From Octopus sinensis (lineage: Eukaryota): a stretch of 64,000 nt of DNA. Below, in pieces: positions 26,291 through 38,300 of the stretch. The DNA lies in contig NC_042998.1 of assembly GCF_006345805.1 (NCBI RefSeq), forward strand, positions 126,108,001 through 126,172,000, read 5' to 3'. The notes beneath the pieces were generated by a model. That model searched no databases, had not been told where the DNA came from, and worked only from the letters and a program-made list of their open reading frames with translations. The first letter of the stretch is position 1; every line of letters begins with the position of its first letter. The translations under genes and the position numbers were made by a program.

Positions 26291-27329
26291 CCCTGGTGGC
26301 TGGGGGTGTTTGTCTCCCCTTCGTAAATGTATATAAGGACACAGGAAAAATGTGTCAAAGCCATCAGGAGGCGTTGATGCTTCCTAGGGCTAAACAGCGG
26401 TGGTGTACCCCACTACTGTCACGTTCATGTTAGATTGACAGTAGACAACCATTCTATCGCCCCACCACCATACATATCTCTACGAGAGATTTAGAAATTT
26501 AATATTTCTTATTATCATATAGTTATCTGCATATATAAAACAAAGGATGTCTATGTATGTGTAGTATGTATGCATTTCTACAGTTTTCAACCGATTTTCC
26601 CTAAACTTTACACACACATTACTTATGTGCCAAGGATGGTCATGAACTATAATATTTTGCCCAGAGCTCCTACATAATGCGAGAAACTGACTGGGGCAAA
26701 AAGGTGTTTCACATGGGTTTTTCTCTAAAACATGCAGTTTTCAACCGATTGTCTCCCTTTATCTTCTGCAGTTTTCATACAATTCTCTCACTGTTCTTTC
26801 TCTATTTATCATTTCACTTTCTTCATCTTACTCTCACTCTTTGTAATAGTTCCTCTCTTTAAGTCTATGTCTGTTTCTTTCACTCTTTCTCTCCCTCACT
26901 GAAAATTGACTTCAATGTACTTCAATTTTGGCATGCATAAATATCTTTGTCTTCATGCTATTTGAATGTTCTCCCTATAACATTACTTTACTTATTTAAA
27001 ATTTTTTGCACTCCGTCTATTTAAATACACTGTTTACTTTTCTACTTCTATTGAAAACCATTGCTATACAGCCGATAAGCCTTCATTACTAACTAATGAC
27101 AATTCAACCACACCACTGAGCGTTCATACATTAGGGAAAAATATCCTAAAGTGGCTCAAGTTTTTTCACTGAAGCTATTCTCTTCTACAGCTTTATATAC
27201 TGAAATGGGGTTTGTAATTTCTGTCTACAAATTGACTTCCTTGTGTGATATAATATTGTTTCGCTTTTATTCTTTCACTGTTAATTCTAATGTGATAAAA
27301 CTATAATATTGCTTCACTTTTATTCATTA

Positions 27330-27720
27330 ACTTTCATGTTTGTGTTTGCACATTCGATATGTATGAGATAGTAAAGGACATTTTATACCATGACGATGAT
27401 GATGTCACATATATGAGTGTGTATGTGTCTTTGTGTGTCTGTGTGTGGGTGTATGAGCATGTATGTCTCTCTGACTGTGTGTGTTTCCGTATTAGATACA
27501 TCATTAAACACATACACACATCTACACATACATGTGACGACTGACATGTGTGAATGTATGTCTGTATGTATCTTTCTTACTATATGTATGTGACTGTATG
27601 TGAGAGTGTATGTGTGTGTATCATCATAGTTTGTATATGAATGTGTATGTGTCTGTGTGTGTGTGTGTGTTTGCATGCTCGTTACATATGTTATTAAACA
27701 CACACATACATATACATATG
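27330..27720. repeat. Degenerate (TG)/(CA) low-complexity tract inside the Helitron
   Basis: Directly visible. Confidence 0.85.
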
Positions 27721-28034
27721 CGATGAGAACTCTTGACAAAAATCAATCATGTGGAAGGTCCAAGTTATATAAAAATACACATCTACTGTTCAATTAACAG
27801 TTCCTAATTATCACAGCAGTTGCAAGGTATTTACAATTTGCTTATATTTGGTTACTTTACACTGCATACAAAAATAAAGACATACAACTGCTTACAAAAA
27901 TAGAGATTAATGTATATTATTTTCTATGTTTAATTTTCTGTTTAAAATATTGAAAAGAATATGCCACCAAAGAAAAACCATAATCTCATCAGAAACACCT
28001 ATAAAGCAAGGAGGAGTGCAGAAAACCAAAGGTG

Positions 28035-28303
28035 AGAGTCTCAAGAGATAAGGGACATGAGACTTTCTTAACCTCATCAAAGGCAGGCTGCAGCACATCA
28101 GATGGAATCTCATTACAGAAGGGACATGACACTTTCCAAAGATCACCAAACGCATGTCACAGCATGTCAAATACAGTCTCAAGAGAGAAGGGAGAGGAGA
28201 CTTTCTCAACATCAGCAAAAGCATGCTGCACCACATCAGATAGAGTCTTAAGAGAGAAGGGAGATGACACTTTCCCAAGATTAGCAAAGGCATGCTGCAG
28301 CAT
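28035..28303 (+). repeat. Four tandem 69-bp (23-codon) units in the Helitron N-terminal coding remnant
   Basis: Unit gagtctcaagagagaagggagatgagactttc...gcatgctgcagcacatcagat repeats with a 69-bp period. Confidence 0.85.
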
Positions 28304-28574
28304 TTAATGCTGAACCATAAAAACAATGTTTAGCATGCTAGATTACACAGAAATCCAAATGAATAACTCTCAGGAACAGACCACGTACAAATTCGTTCTT
28401 CACAACACCTGGAGCTACTTTCAGATATGATCCATCCCATTCTTATAAAAATGATAATTCTGTCCAAACTGGTGCTAAACTCAAATAATTGTTCATGCAA
28501 AGCTTTAAAATTTACTCCATAAATGTTTTGTTGTCAATGCTTGCACTTTTGTATCACCTGTTTCAATATAACTG

Positions 28575-28619
<45 letters not shown>

Positions 28620-28924
28620 ATATACAAAATAAGAAATGGAGAAATACACCTTAATCAATAATCAACTACCAGATAATACCCAATCACATAATTTATTAAC
28701 CCACTACATATGAACATCAAGGTCAAACATAATAGTACAGAACAAAACAATGCACATCAATGAGTAATATGATACAATAAGTACAATATGTATAAGTAGA
28801 TATAAATAAATATAAATATAAACTACATCTTACTGGCAGTATATTGGATATATGTTATCCCATGGTGGGTTGCACTCACAACCCCTATCTCAATTTGTAT
28901 ATATATATATAAATATATATATAT

Positions 28925-29182
28925 ATCATCATCATCATCATCATTGTTTAATATCCATTCTCCATGCTAGCATGGGTTGGACGGTTTGACCGGGATCTGG
29001 GAAGCCAGAAGGCTGCACCAGGCTCCAGTCTGATCTGGCAGTGTTTCTACAGCTGGATGCCCTTCCTAATGCCAACCACTCCATGAGTGTAGTGGGTGCT
29101 TTTTACGTGCCACCAGCACAGGAGCCAGGCGAGGCTGGCAACGGCCATGATCGGATTGGTGCTTTTTATGTGCCACCGGCAT
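28925..29182 (-). mobile_element. LINE 3'-tail fragment nested in the Helitron
   Basis: (CAT)n tail abutting (TA)n; family signature. Confidence 0.85.
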
Positions 29183-29541
29183 GACGAACTATGCTGTTTT
29201 AATCCTGAGCAATGCTGGGTATCTCTGCTAGTTATTGTATAAAAAAGACTTTTGCAGTTGCTTTTTCTCCGTAACTTATCCAGCCTCCATGTTTGTTTAC
29301 AAATATTATATATAGCATTAGACAGTTCAGTATCTATACATAAAATTTGACTGAAATTTATGGGTGAGTGTTCTGGCTCAATCAGATGTGCCAGGAGCCA
29401 TGTTAGTATTGATATGTGGGTTCGATTCTAGCTTGAGTTAGCTTATCATTTTTCAGTCAGTTGTTTAGATAAATGTTGCTGTAAATTGGAGTATATATAT
29501 TATTACTATGATATATTATTATATAATTATTATTATATATA

Positions 29542-30030
29542 CAGGGTTATTCAAGAAGAATGAGTTGATTTCATTATGCAATATTTTAATAACGAAAAGC
29601 AATAGAAAACTCCAGTTAAGTCACAAGTATTTACTCACAATCAACTTTTATTTTTTGTCTTACAAGAGTTTGATGTGACCACCACCTGCAGCATGAGCAA
29701 TGCAATAAGAGAATTCCTCCCAGATAAGAGAATTCCACGATCTACTGAGAACTTTGGCTGTCTATTTGAATGCTTTATTGAAGTCTTTCCATTTCTCTTC
29801 TATGTCAATATCTCCTGGCAAATTTATTCTTTAGTTCCATAATGAACTTGCTTTTGAGATGCTGATAGTGTCTGGGAGGAATTCTCTTATCACATTGATG
29901 TTGCCCATGCTGCAGGTAATAGGAAATAAAAGTTGTAAGTAAATATTTGTGACTTATCTGGAGTTTTCGATTGCTTTTTCTTATTAAAATATTACGTAAT
30001 GAAATCAGTTCATTTTTTAAAATAACCCTG
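29542..30030. mobile_element. Mariner-type MITE with long TIRs
   Basis: TA|CAGGGTTATT...AATAACCCTG|TA. Inverted similarity extends ~190 bp, including an inner cctgcagcatg...gagaattcctcccaga pair. Confidence 0.85.
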
Positions 30031-30043
30031 TATGTACATATAT

Positions 30044-30359
30044 CATCATCATCATCATCATCATCGTTTAACGTCCGCTTTCCATGCTAGCATGGGTTGG
30101 ACGGTTCAACTGGGGTCTGGCAAGCCCGAAGGCTGCACCAGGCCAGTCAGATCTGGCAGTGTTTCTACAGCTGGATGCCCTTCCTAACGCCAACCACTCC
30201 GAGAGTGTAGTGGGTGATTTTATGTGCCACCGACACAGGTGCCAGACAAGGCTGGCGAACGGCCACGCTCGGATGGTGTTTTTATGTGCCACCGACATAG
30301 GTGCCAGACGAGGCTGGCAGACGGCCACGCTCGGATGGTGTTTTTTATGTGCCACCGAC
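30044..30359 (-). mobile_element. Young LINE 3'-tail fragment with 8-bp TSD
   Basis: acatatat at 30036-30043 and 30360-30367. Nearly identical to 6043-6360. Confidence 0.9.
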
Positions 30360-30499
30360 ACATATATATATAGTGGGTGGGGAGGATATGTGTCTGCATG
30401 AATCTATATTTTTATACCTAAAAAAGGTGTGTGTGTTTAGAATTAGACTTTTGAAATATATGAATTGACTAATGGACACCTATCCCATGTGAGGTCATG

Positions 30500-30920
30500 A
30501 CCTACACGTATTTATGTACATTTGCTCTTATATGCATTTTCCTGTTTTATTTTTATTTATTTATTTTATGGCTTCAGTCATTTACAGTTTCACAATACTT
30601 TTCTTTTTATAATCTACTTCCCTTATGTTTCCCACTTCCCTTATGTTCTCTCTTTCTCTCTATGTATTCTTATTTTCCTCTCTTCCTCTTTTTCTATTTG
30701 TTGGGTATATTTTTTATTTATTTATTCACACTAATGTTTTCCATATATTTTTGTTTATCTCTTTTATAGCTTCCTTAGTTTTCCTTCCTTCCTTCCTTCC
30801 TTCCTTTCTCTTTTTATTCTCTTTTCCTGTTTTCTCTCTCTTTATTCTCAGTTCTGTCATTCTCCTTTTCTTTTGTTTCTTAGTCTTTCTTTGCCAATTA
30901 CTTTCCTTCTATTTCCCTCT
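30500..30920. repeat. T/C-rich low-complexity tract with (TTCC)n
   Basis: Directly visible composition bias. Confidence 0.85.
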
Positions 30921-32519
30921 CAAAACACCATCTATCCAAATATCTAGACATTAGTCCTCTATAACTTAATGCAAAAACGTGTTCCCTGGTGATTCAGCAT
31001 CTAATTGCACTTTGAACATCCAATATAGGGTTCAAAACAACCACACTGGTGAAACACATGTAGGAACAAATTATATAAATTCGTGTTTATCATAATTTCT
31101 CATATATATACTGATATGTAATTATAAGATCCAAGGATCTTATAATGGAAATTTGAAAGTTTTGAGCAGCCTGTGGCAGGTATAAAAAAACAACATTCAA
31201 GAACAACAATTTATTAGTGCTATATCTTCAGTGACTTAGCTTGGGGTTCCTTGAAGACAACAAAACTTTCATATAATTATGGTATCTTCAGCCTGAAAGA
31301 ATAACTAGCAGCGTAGCCCTTGTTGAGTAATTATTACATCAGAAGATTTATTTATAAGAAATAATTAAGATTCAGTTGAATTAGGTACTTAAGTTGAAGC
31401 ACCAAGTCAGTCTGGTATTATCTGCACAGCTCGAAGTCATGTGAATAAAATCAAAATAAGTAACAAGATATCAAGCAGTAATGCAGTATGACCATTTCAA
31501 GTGGCTTCATTTAATTGAATAATGCAATCATTACATCAATTTAAATGCGATCTTCAGCTGCACAAATAAATAAATTGAATTTTAACAGACAAGATACATT
31601 AATATAATTTTTCTTAAATATTTTAACAGAGTAAGAAGATGGAAGATGTTGTCACTATTGTAGCTAAGAATAGGCTGATATATATATATATATATACAGA
31701 TCAACCTTCAGCACTATCACTGTCTATCATCAACAGCAACACAAAAACCCCAGCATCAACATCAAAGCCAATACAACTACCACTATTACCAACTCACCTA
31801 TTCCTTAATTACTAACAGTAACAATAGTATGAATGAGATAAGCAACTCTAATCTAAAGTAAAAAAAAAAAAACAAAAAAAAAACAGTTGCATAAAAATGA
31901 TGTGGGACACTAATGTATTTTAAATGTTGAATCGAATGTCTTTGATCTTAGGTAAAATGAGGATTGATTTAAGACTAAACATCGACAACACAATTAACAA
32001 TAACAATACAACCACTGTCACCACCAACATCTTCAACACTAAAACCAATACAACCAAACCACCATCACTACCAACCCAACAGCTATTGAATAACAACTAG
32101 TGAGATGGATAATAATATCAGCATGATAGCAAAGTCAATAGCTACATATGTTGCATGTCAACATGTGTGTGTGTGTTTGTGTGTGTGTGTAAGTGGAGTG
32201 TGGAGTTTTAATATCTTAAGTCAGCGGTATAAGGGCCACCAGGCTCATGGGCGAAGTGCCCATAAACCTGATAACCTTTCAGCTAACTGTAATTAAACAG
32301 TACTTCTTCACACCTCACCCTCTACCCATCCATCCACTCATTTCCATTCTTAAATCTATAGGAATAAGATAACAATGTTTTGGTTTCACAAAACTGTTTT
32401 TCCCTAGTACTATTTTTTCCTACATATTTGTTGTGGATAATTGTTGATCATTGCCACTGTTGGACTTACCTACAATACAAGATAATTGGAAAGAATGCAT
32501 CAAATGGAACTGGAATAAG

Positions 32520-33600
32520 TAATGAAAAAGGAACAGTAGAATGATTACATTCAATATTAAACTTGATGTTTTAGAAAGGTTTGATGCAGGAAAATAACAG
32601 CCACATTACCAAAGTATTAATGTTTGCAGTGTCTACAGCGAGGACAGAATGGGACAGCAGAAAGAAAATTAAAGTTGACAAAAAGTTATTCTGTTAACTG
32701 CTCAGATTTTATTTTTTCATATATCTAATGTGATGCTTAAAATGGAACAGTTCTTATATGATTAGCAGAGAAAAACTCGTTCTGGTTAGAAAAGGATGGC
32801 TTGAAAAGTTTTAGAAGTGCTTGAATTTGCACAACATAAAAATGACTGGTGAAGCTGCCAGTGCTGATACTAAGGTTGCTATTAAATATCCTGAGCAGTT
32901 GAAAAAAAAATGATTGTTGAAGGGGACTACATACCAGAGCAAGTATATATTGTTGAAACTGCACTTTTTTAGCTGTGGGATTTTTTTTCTTGAGAAGTGA
33001 AATCAACACCAGTATGTAAAGCTTCCAAAAATAATGTGACATTTCTGGAAGATGTAGTTGGTGTTATAAAACTAAAGCCCATATTTGTACATTAATTTGA
33101 AGATCTAAGGGCTTTTAAGGGTTTAATTTGCTTCTGATTTGGCATTCAAATAAGGCATGGATGACTAAGGGTGTCTTTGAAGACATTTTTTTTTGTCTAG
33201 ACATAATATTTACAACAGAGCATTGTTCTTTTTGACAATAAACTAAAGCCAGCTAATGAATTAAATGAGCTTTCTGATAATGTAATGTTAGTATATATCA
33301 TCAACAGTATGTCTTTATTCAAGCCATTAGATCAAGGTGTGATAGTTAACTTCAAGGCATATTTGAGAACAACCCAAGAAAGCAGTTGACTGGGAGTATA
33401 AACTCATAGTAAGAGACTTCTGGAAGAAGTGCAACATCATGGATGCTGTTAATAGCATAGCATGGAATTAAATAAAACCTTCAACATTGTTTGAAGAAAA
33501 ATCCATGGCAACACATTATCACTTCATAACATGAAAATCAACTGGAAAATTTCACATAATTGGATTTTATATTATGGCAAGTTTTTCAGGAACATTACTT
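32520..33600 (+). pseudogene. Tigger/pogo transposase fossil
   Basis: ITFNIKLDVLERFDAG (HTH), TGEAASADTKVAIKYPEQLKKMIVEGDYIPEQVY, and PLDQGVIVNFKAY. Confidence 0.85.
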
Positions 33601-34518
33601 TTATAACATGGGTGAGTCATGCTGGCATGAGTTGGACAGTTTGACAGGAGCAGGTCAGGCAGAAAACTGCACTAGACTTCTGTGTCTGTTTTGGCAGTTT
33701 TTATGGCTGGATGCCCTTCCTAACATTTAATTCACTAATACAAGTTAGTGTTAACATATTTAATTTAATGGGGCATTAAAAATTGAGTGAAAAATAATTA
33801 TGCAGTGAGGAAAAGATATTAGCTCAATGCTTAATATTATTTTAGTTGCTTCAGTAAGTATGGGTGATTTGGGGGATGTTTTGGTCTCATTAGGCTTTCT
33901 CAGCAAAGCAATATAAACTTGGCTGTATGTAGTTAAATTTAGTAATATATTTTTTTTGAAATATGCTAATTTTTCATAGCTAGTTATAATGTTCAGTACC
34001 AAATATTTGCATAGCAATTCTTTCTCCACTGTTTCAGCTGTTATGATGTGTATACTTTGCTGAGAAGGTCTAATAAGATCAAAACACATCCACAGTACTC
34101 ACATGTACTTGCTAAAATATAGAATATTTATATATTTTTCAGTCTGTAATGGCCCTTAAATACATTAGTAATGTAACTGAAAATATCTTGGTATTTTGTA
34201 CCACAAATTAATTCTTGAGTGCTTGAATTCAATACCATTCTGCAAGATTTAGAACTTTTTCTCCAACAAACTGATTCTACATTGAGTATTAGATTATTTT
34301 CACACAGAATTGTCAAGATCATTTATAATGAAATAATATTATCATTATAATAATTTTTAAACAATCATAAGGAATATATAATGTGGAAGGACTAAGAACA
34401 AAGCCATAATCTCAATTGTTACTTGCCTTGTTTTCTTTTATTTCTTCTTTCATAATGGCATTGATTTATCTAAGTTATTTTCATTTGGATGTTTATTGTA
34501 ATAATTGTGTGTATATAT

Positions 34519-35977
34519 ACCCAGAACCATGCTAATAGTTTAGGAGGGAAATTTAGGATTTCTTAGTTTTCTGTGAATCAATTTTGATAAAACTTTTCCC
34601 AGCTGGTTTGCACACTATGCCAACACCATTGTTATGTTTTCATTATTCTGTGTAATGCCTTTTTTTTTTAATTTCAGATTCTTCAGTTTTTGGGTGAACC
34701 ATGCTAATAGCATCTCTCCTCTCTAAGAACAAATGGGATGTGGAAAAGGCTTTAATGATGAAGAAAAGTCTGTCATCATCAAGTTTGTCATGTGGACACA
34801 GTTAAACAATTCCTGAAGGACCCTTCGCCAAGGAAGAAACAATCCAATTGTAGGACATCCAAGACTGTGACAGCTAAGGATTTAAAGAATATTGGCTACA
34901 AGTTACGTATGAAACCTAGACAGACAAGCAAAGCCATTTTCACCACCTCTGGACTTCCTCATGTACCAAAACCCACTACAAATCACATCCTTGGGACCAT
35001 GGCTTCTGTGTAAGAAACCCTGTAACTGCTTCCGTTAACACCCTACCACACAATGCGCCCAAACGTACATCACATAAGACATGAGTTGTGTTCTGTTCGC
35101 TGATGAAACCAGGACAACCCTTGACAAAACTGATGGTTGGGTCTATTTTGGAGCTGAGTGTTACAGATGTTTACACTGTCAACAACAGAGTGGAAGAGTC
35201 ATGTTGTGGACTGGTATCATTGGGGACAGACTTGTTGACCCAGTCAGGGTGCCTGAAGGGGATAAAGTGACTGCAACTGCAATCTCCTGAAGGAGGTCTT
35301 GGATCCCTGGCTAGTTTGACATATTGCTGTCACTTCTAAGGAATCTCATGTTCATGCATGATAACGCTCCCTCCCACTCTGCTAGGACCACCCAAACATT
35401 ACTCACGTCTTATGGCATACAAGGTGAAAGGTTGATGGTTTGGCTGCCAGCATCTCTGGATCTCAACCCTATTGAAAATCTTTGTTCCATCATTAAACAA
35501 TATGTTTATGATGATGGATGCCAACTTACATCAAAAGATGTCTTATGGGCAACCACCAAAGCTACAACAAAGGCAGTCCAACCTGCTACTATTTAGAAAT
35601 TGACAGTTCCCATGACTAATAGGATTTTTGAAGTTATCCGTCGAGATGGTGCTCATGAGGTTAAATAATTCATTATGTCAAAAAATGTTATAATATTATT
35701 ATGGTTTTCTGTTAAATATATACTCAATGTACGCTTAACATGTATCATTACCCTTCATTTTCTGGAAAAAAAAAATGTCTAGATGGGCTATTTTCATTCA
35801 AAAGCATGATTCACCCAAAAACTGAAGAATCTGAAACAAAAAAGAAAGGATGTTACACAGAATAGCGAAAACATAACAATGGTGTTGACATAGTGTGCAA
35901 ACCAGTTGGGAAAAGTTTTATCAAAATTGATTCACAGAAAACCGAGATATCCTAAATTTCACTCCTACGCTGTTAGT
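34519..35977 (+). mobile_element. Second copy of the DD37E Tc1-like transposon, decayed
   Basis: Same TIRs. LFADE (first D) and FMHDNAPSH...SLDLNPIE (D37E) retained. Internal deletions; right outer end degraded. Confidence 0.9.
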
Positions 35978-37059
35978 GAATTTCTTAGGATTTAAAACAA
36001 AGTACTTTTCAATGGTTAACTTTTGCTTTTGTCAGATAGTATGGTTGAGGATATTACATTGTAAAGCACGGTAACAGAGGCTTGCAGGCTGTTTGTTATT
36101 GGGAGTAAGGACTCCATAGAGATGGAAGAGTCACTTGTCTATAGTACAAAATAAAGAATATTATTACTATCATTCTTTAGGTGGCAAGTTGGCAGAGTTG
36201 TTAGGATGCTGGGCAAGCTGGTTAGTAACACTTTATCCATCTTTAAGTTCTGAGTTCAAATTCTACCAAGGTTGTCTTTGCTTTTCATCCTTTCAGGGTT
36301 AATAAATTAAGAACTGGTCAAGCACTGGGGTCAATGTAATTGACTAGCTCATTCCACAAAATTTCAGGCCTTATGCCTATAGCAGAGAGGATTATTATAC
36401 TTATGTGGTCCCATGTCATAAATGATCAAGTAATCCTATGGGACAGAAGTAATAGCTAAATGACTAGGAGTGATAGTCCCACTTATACCATTCCCCTATC
36501 TAGCTGACAACCCTGTTGTATTGTACAGTTTTTATTGACTGATCATTTGAGCTGTAATGTGAAAGCTTGGACATGTAGTCTCTCTCCTCTCTGACCTATG
36601 TCTGTACATTTATAGTTTTTGGTGACCACAGAGAAGACAGGCAAAGCATTGACCTTGCCTGTCTTCAGTTTTAAGAAATGCCTGACAGGAGTGCTTGTGT
36701 GATGTCAGTGTGGGTGTTTTGTTTCAGGTTGTTAGTGCAGCAAGGGTGTGGTTGTTATTGATGTCAAATACTGTATAAGATGTATTGTTTTGCTTGTGGT
36801 TTATGTTCCACACAAATATTTGCCCATTCTTTTTTTCTGTAGCTTATTTTCTTTATTATTTCCTTATGTAGTTGCGTGATGTCAAGTTTTATTTATATGC
36901 AGCAACACCTCAATATATGAATTAATTTATTCCTGGAGACTGCTTATAAAGTGAAAACTTATAAAGCAGAGTAATAATTTCCCATAGTAGCAATGTTATA
37001 AATCATAATTCATTCCCAGAAAAATATTTTACCAATAAAATTTACAATACTTGAAAATA

Positions 37060-38300
37060 AATGGCAATAAAACAACAGTAGAATGTAAAGACTATTTTAA
37101 GTAAAGTTTTAAAAAATGTCATTTTCTGAATCACTTTCACTAGACTCGTGCACAGCAGCAATTGTAATTGTGACCACCAATTTACAAGAACTCATAGATG
37201 GACTTGTAAATTCCTTTTTAAAAATCAAGTCTAAAGTTGTTTGCTTAGAAAGAGCTTTTTTTGCTCTCTATGAATTTCTTGGTGACATGAAGAAGCATTT
37301 GTTATGGCAGTAGAAACTTTTGCACTATGTTCAAAATTTGGACCTTATGCTTGAAAAATAAAACTCATAAAGCAGGTCTTCGTAAAGTGAGATATTACTG
37401 TATTTTCTTTTTTGCTCCAGTTTACCCTTAGTCAAGCACACCTATAACCAAAGGTATGCCAGCTTGACCGATATAAAAGACCACTTTATTCAAGTATATC
37501 TATTTTTAAGACAGGCTAAATCTGAAAATTAAGATGCTCATTATATCAAGTTCAGTGATTGCATAGAGAGTTCATTCATTGGTTTCATTATTGATATGTA
37601 TATATTATTGGTTAGAGATGGTGATATATAAAGGACAATTACTTCTATGCAGATGTTGCAGACTAGTTGTTACCAATGCCCTACACAGGCAGAAGTGTAA
37701 TTATCCGTTTAGAAATGTTTTTTCCTTTCCTTTTTATGGGTATGTTGCAAATTTCTTTCTCCTTCAGTTTCCAGATATATTGAGACACAAAAGTGGAATT
37801 TATTTTAATCTCTGTATCTTAAGGAAAGTGCATGTGTGTATGGTAGCTTTTAAATGTTTTTTGTTAGACCTATATAGTTCTTTTTGAGCTTTTGTATGGT
37901 ATTAAGTGATGTTCCTGAAATTGCATTCTGGTGTTTGGTTTGGTTTGGTTTGGTGCATTCTACATTCTATCACCTTGTTATGATCGGATATTAGTAATTT
38001 TCTAGTTTTATTAAATACTGATTTCACCTTAACAGATTTGTGTTTTTCATTCTCCAAATATTCAAATTTTTCTTTGAAACTGATTCTTTTCAAACTGTTA
38101 TTGTGTCACAATGTCACAAATTGAATATGCCACTGTTGAAGAATAAATATGTTCTGCTTTTCTACTGCAGTTACACATTTTTTTTTTAGTATTATTCTTA
38201 AATTAGCATCAAGCAAGGTATCAGAAAAGGCTAGTTTAATGTCAGGTGTTATCTTAATCCTTATATCAAAATATGGTGGTAAATAATCTAGAAATTATAA
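37060..38300 (-). pseudogene. Heavily decayed Tigger-like remnant(s)
   Basis: C-terminal PNFEHSAKVSTA...SCHQEIHREQKKALSKQTTLDLIFKK and N-terminal KTRKLLISD. TIR-like cgtaaagtgagatattactg|ta near 37381-37402. Confidence 0.55.

Larger units (their letters stand above)
25950..26522. mobile_element. Palindromic hammerhead-bearing insertion, probably an inverted terminal-repeat remnant of a Penelope-like element
   Basis: Arms 25959-26183 and 26205-26457 with a 21-nt spacer. Direct repeat tattatcatatag at 25950-25962 and 26510-26522. No RT or GIY-YIG ORF is present, so the family call is inferred. Confidence 0.65.
26526..29231 (+). mobile_element. Non-autonomous (internally deleted) Helitron
   Basis: 5' A|TC-TGCATATATAAAAC start. 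3' GC-rich imperfect hairpin (cctgagcaatgctggg) then CTAG|T at 29228-29232. Decayed Helitron-type N-terminal coding at 27960-28540 (MPPKK, ESQERRERRLSQ repeats, FRYDP...C..KALKF...CC). No Rep/helicase core. Confidence 0.75.

Noticed and set aside
25959-26457. Integrated viroid-like or ambisense circular RNA replicon
   Set aside because: The two-polarity ribozymes are fully explained by an inverted duplication of one sequence, and the TSD-like repeat points to retrotransposition.
30497-30954. Overlapping Phe/Leu-rich ORFs as membrane proteins
   Set aside because: Artefact of a T/C-rich low-complexity tract that lacks stop codons.
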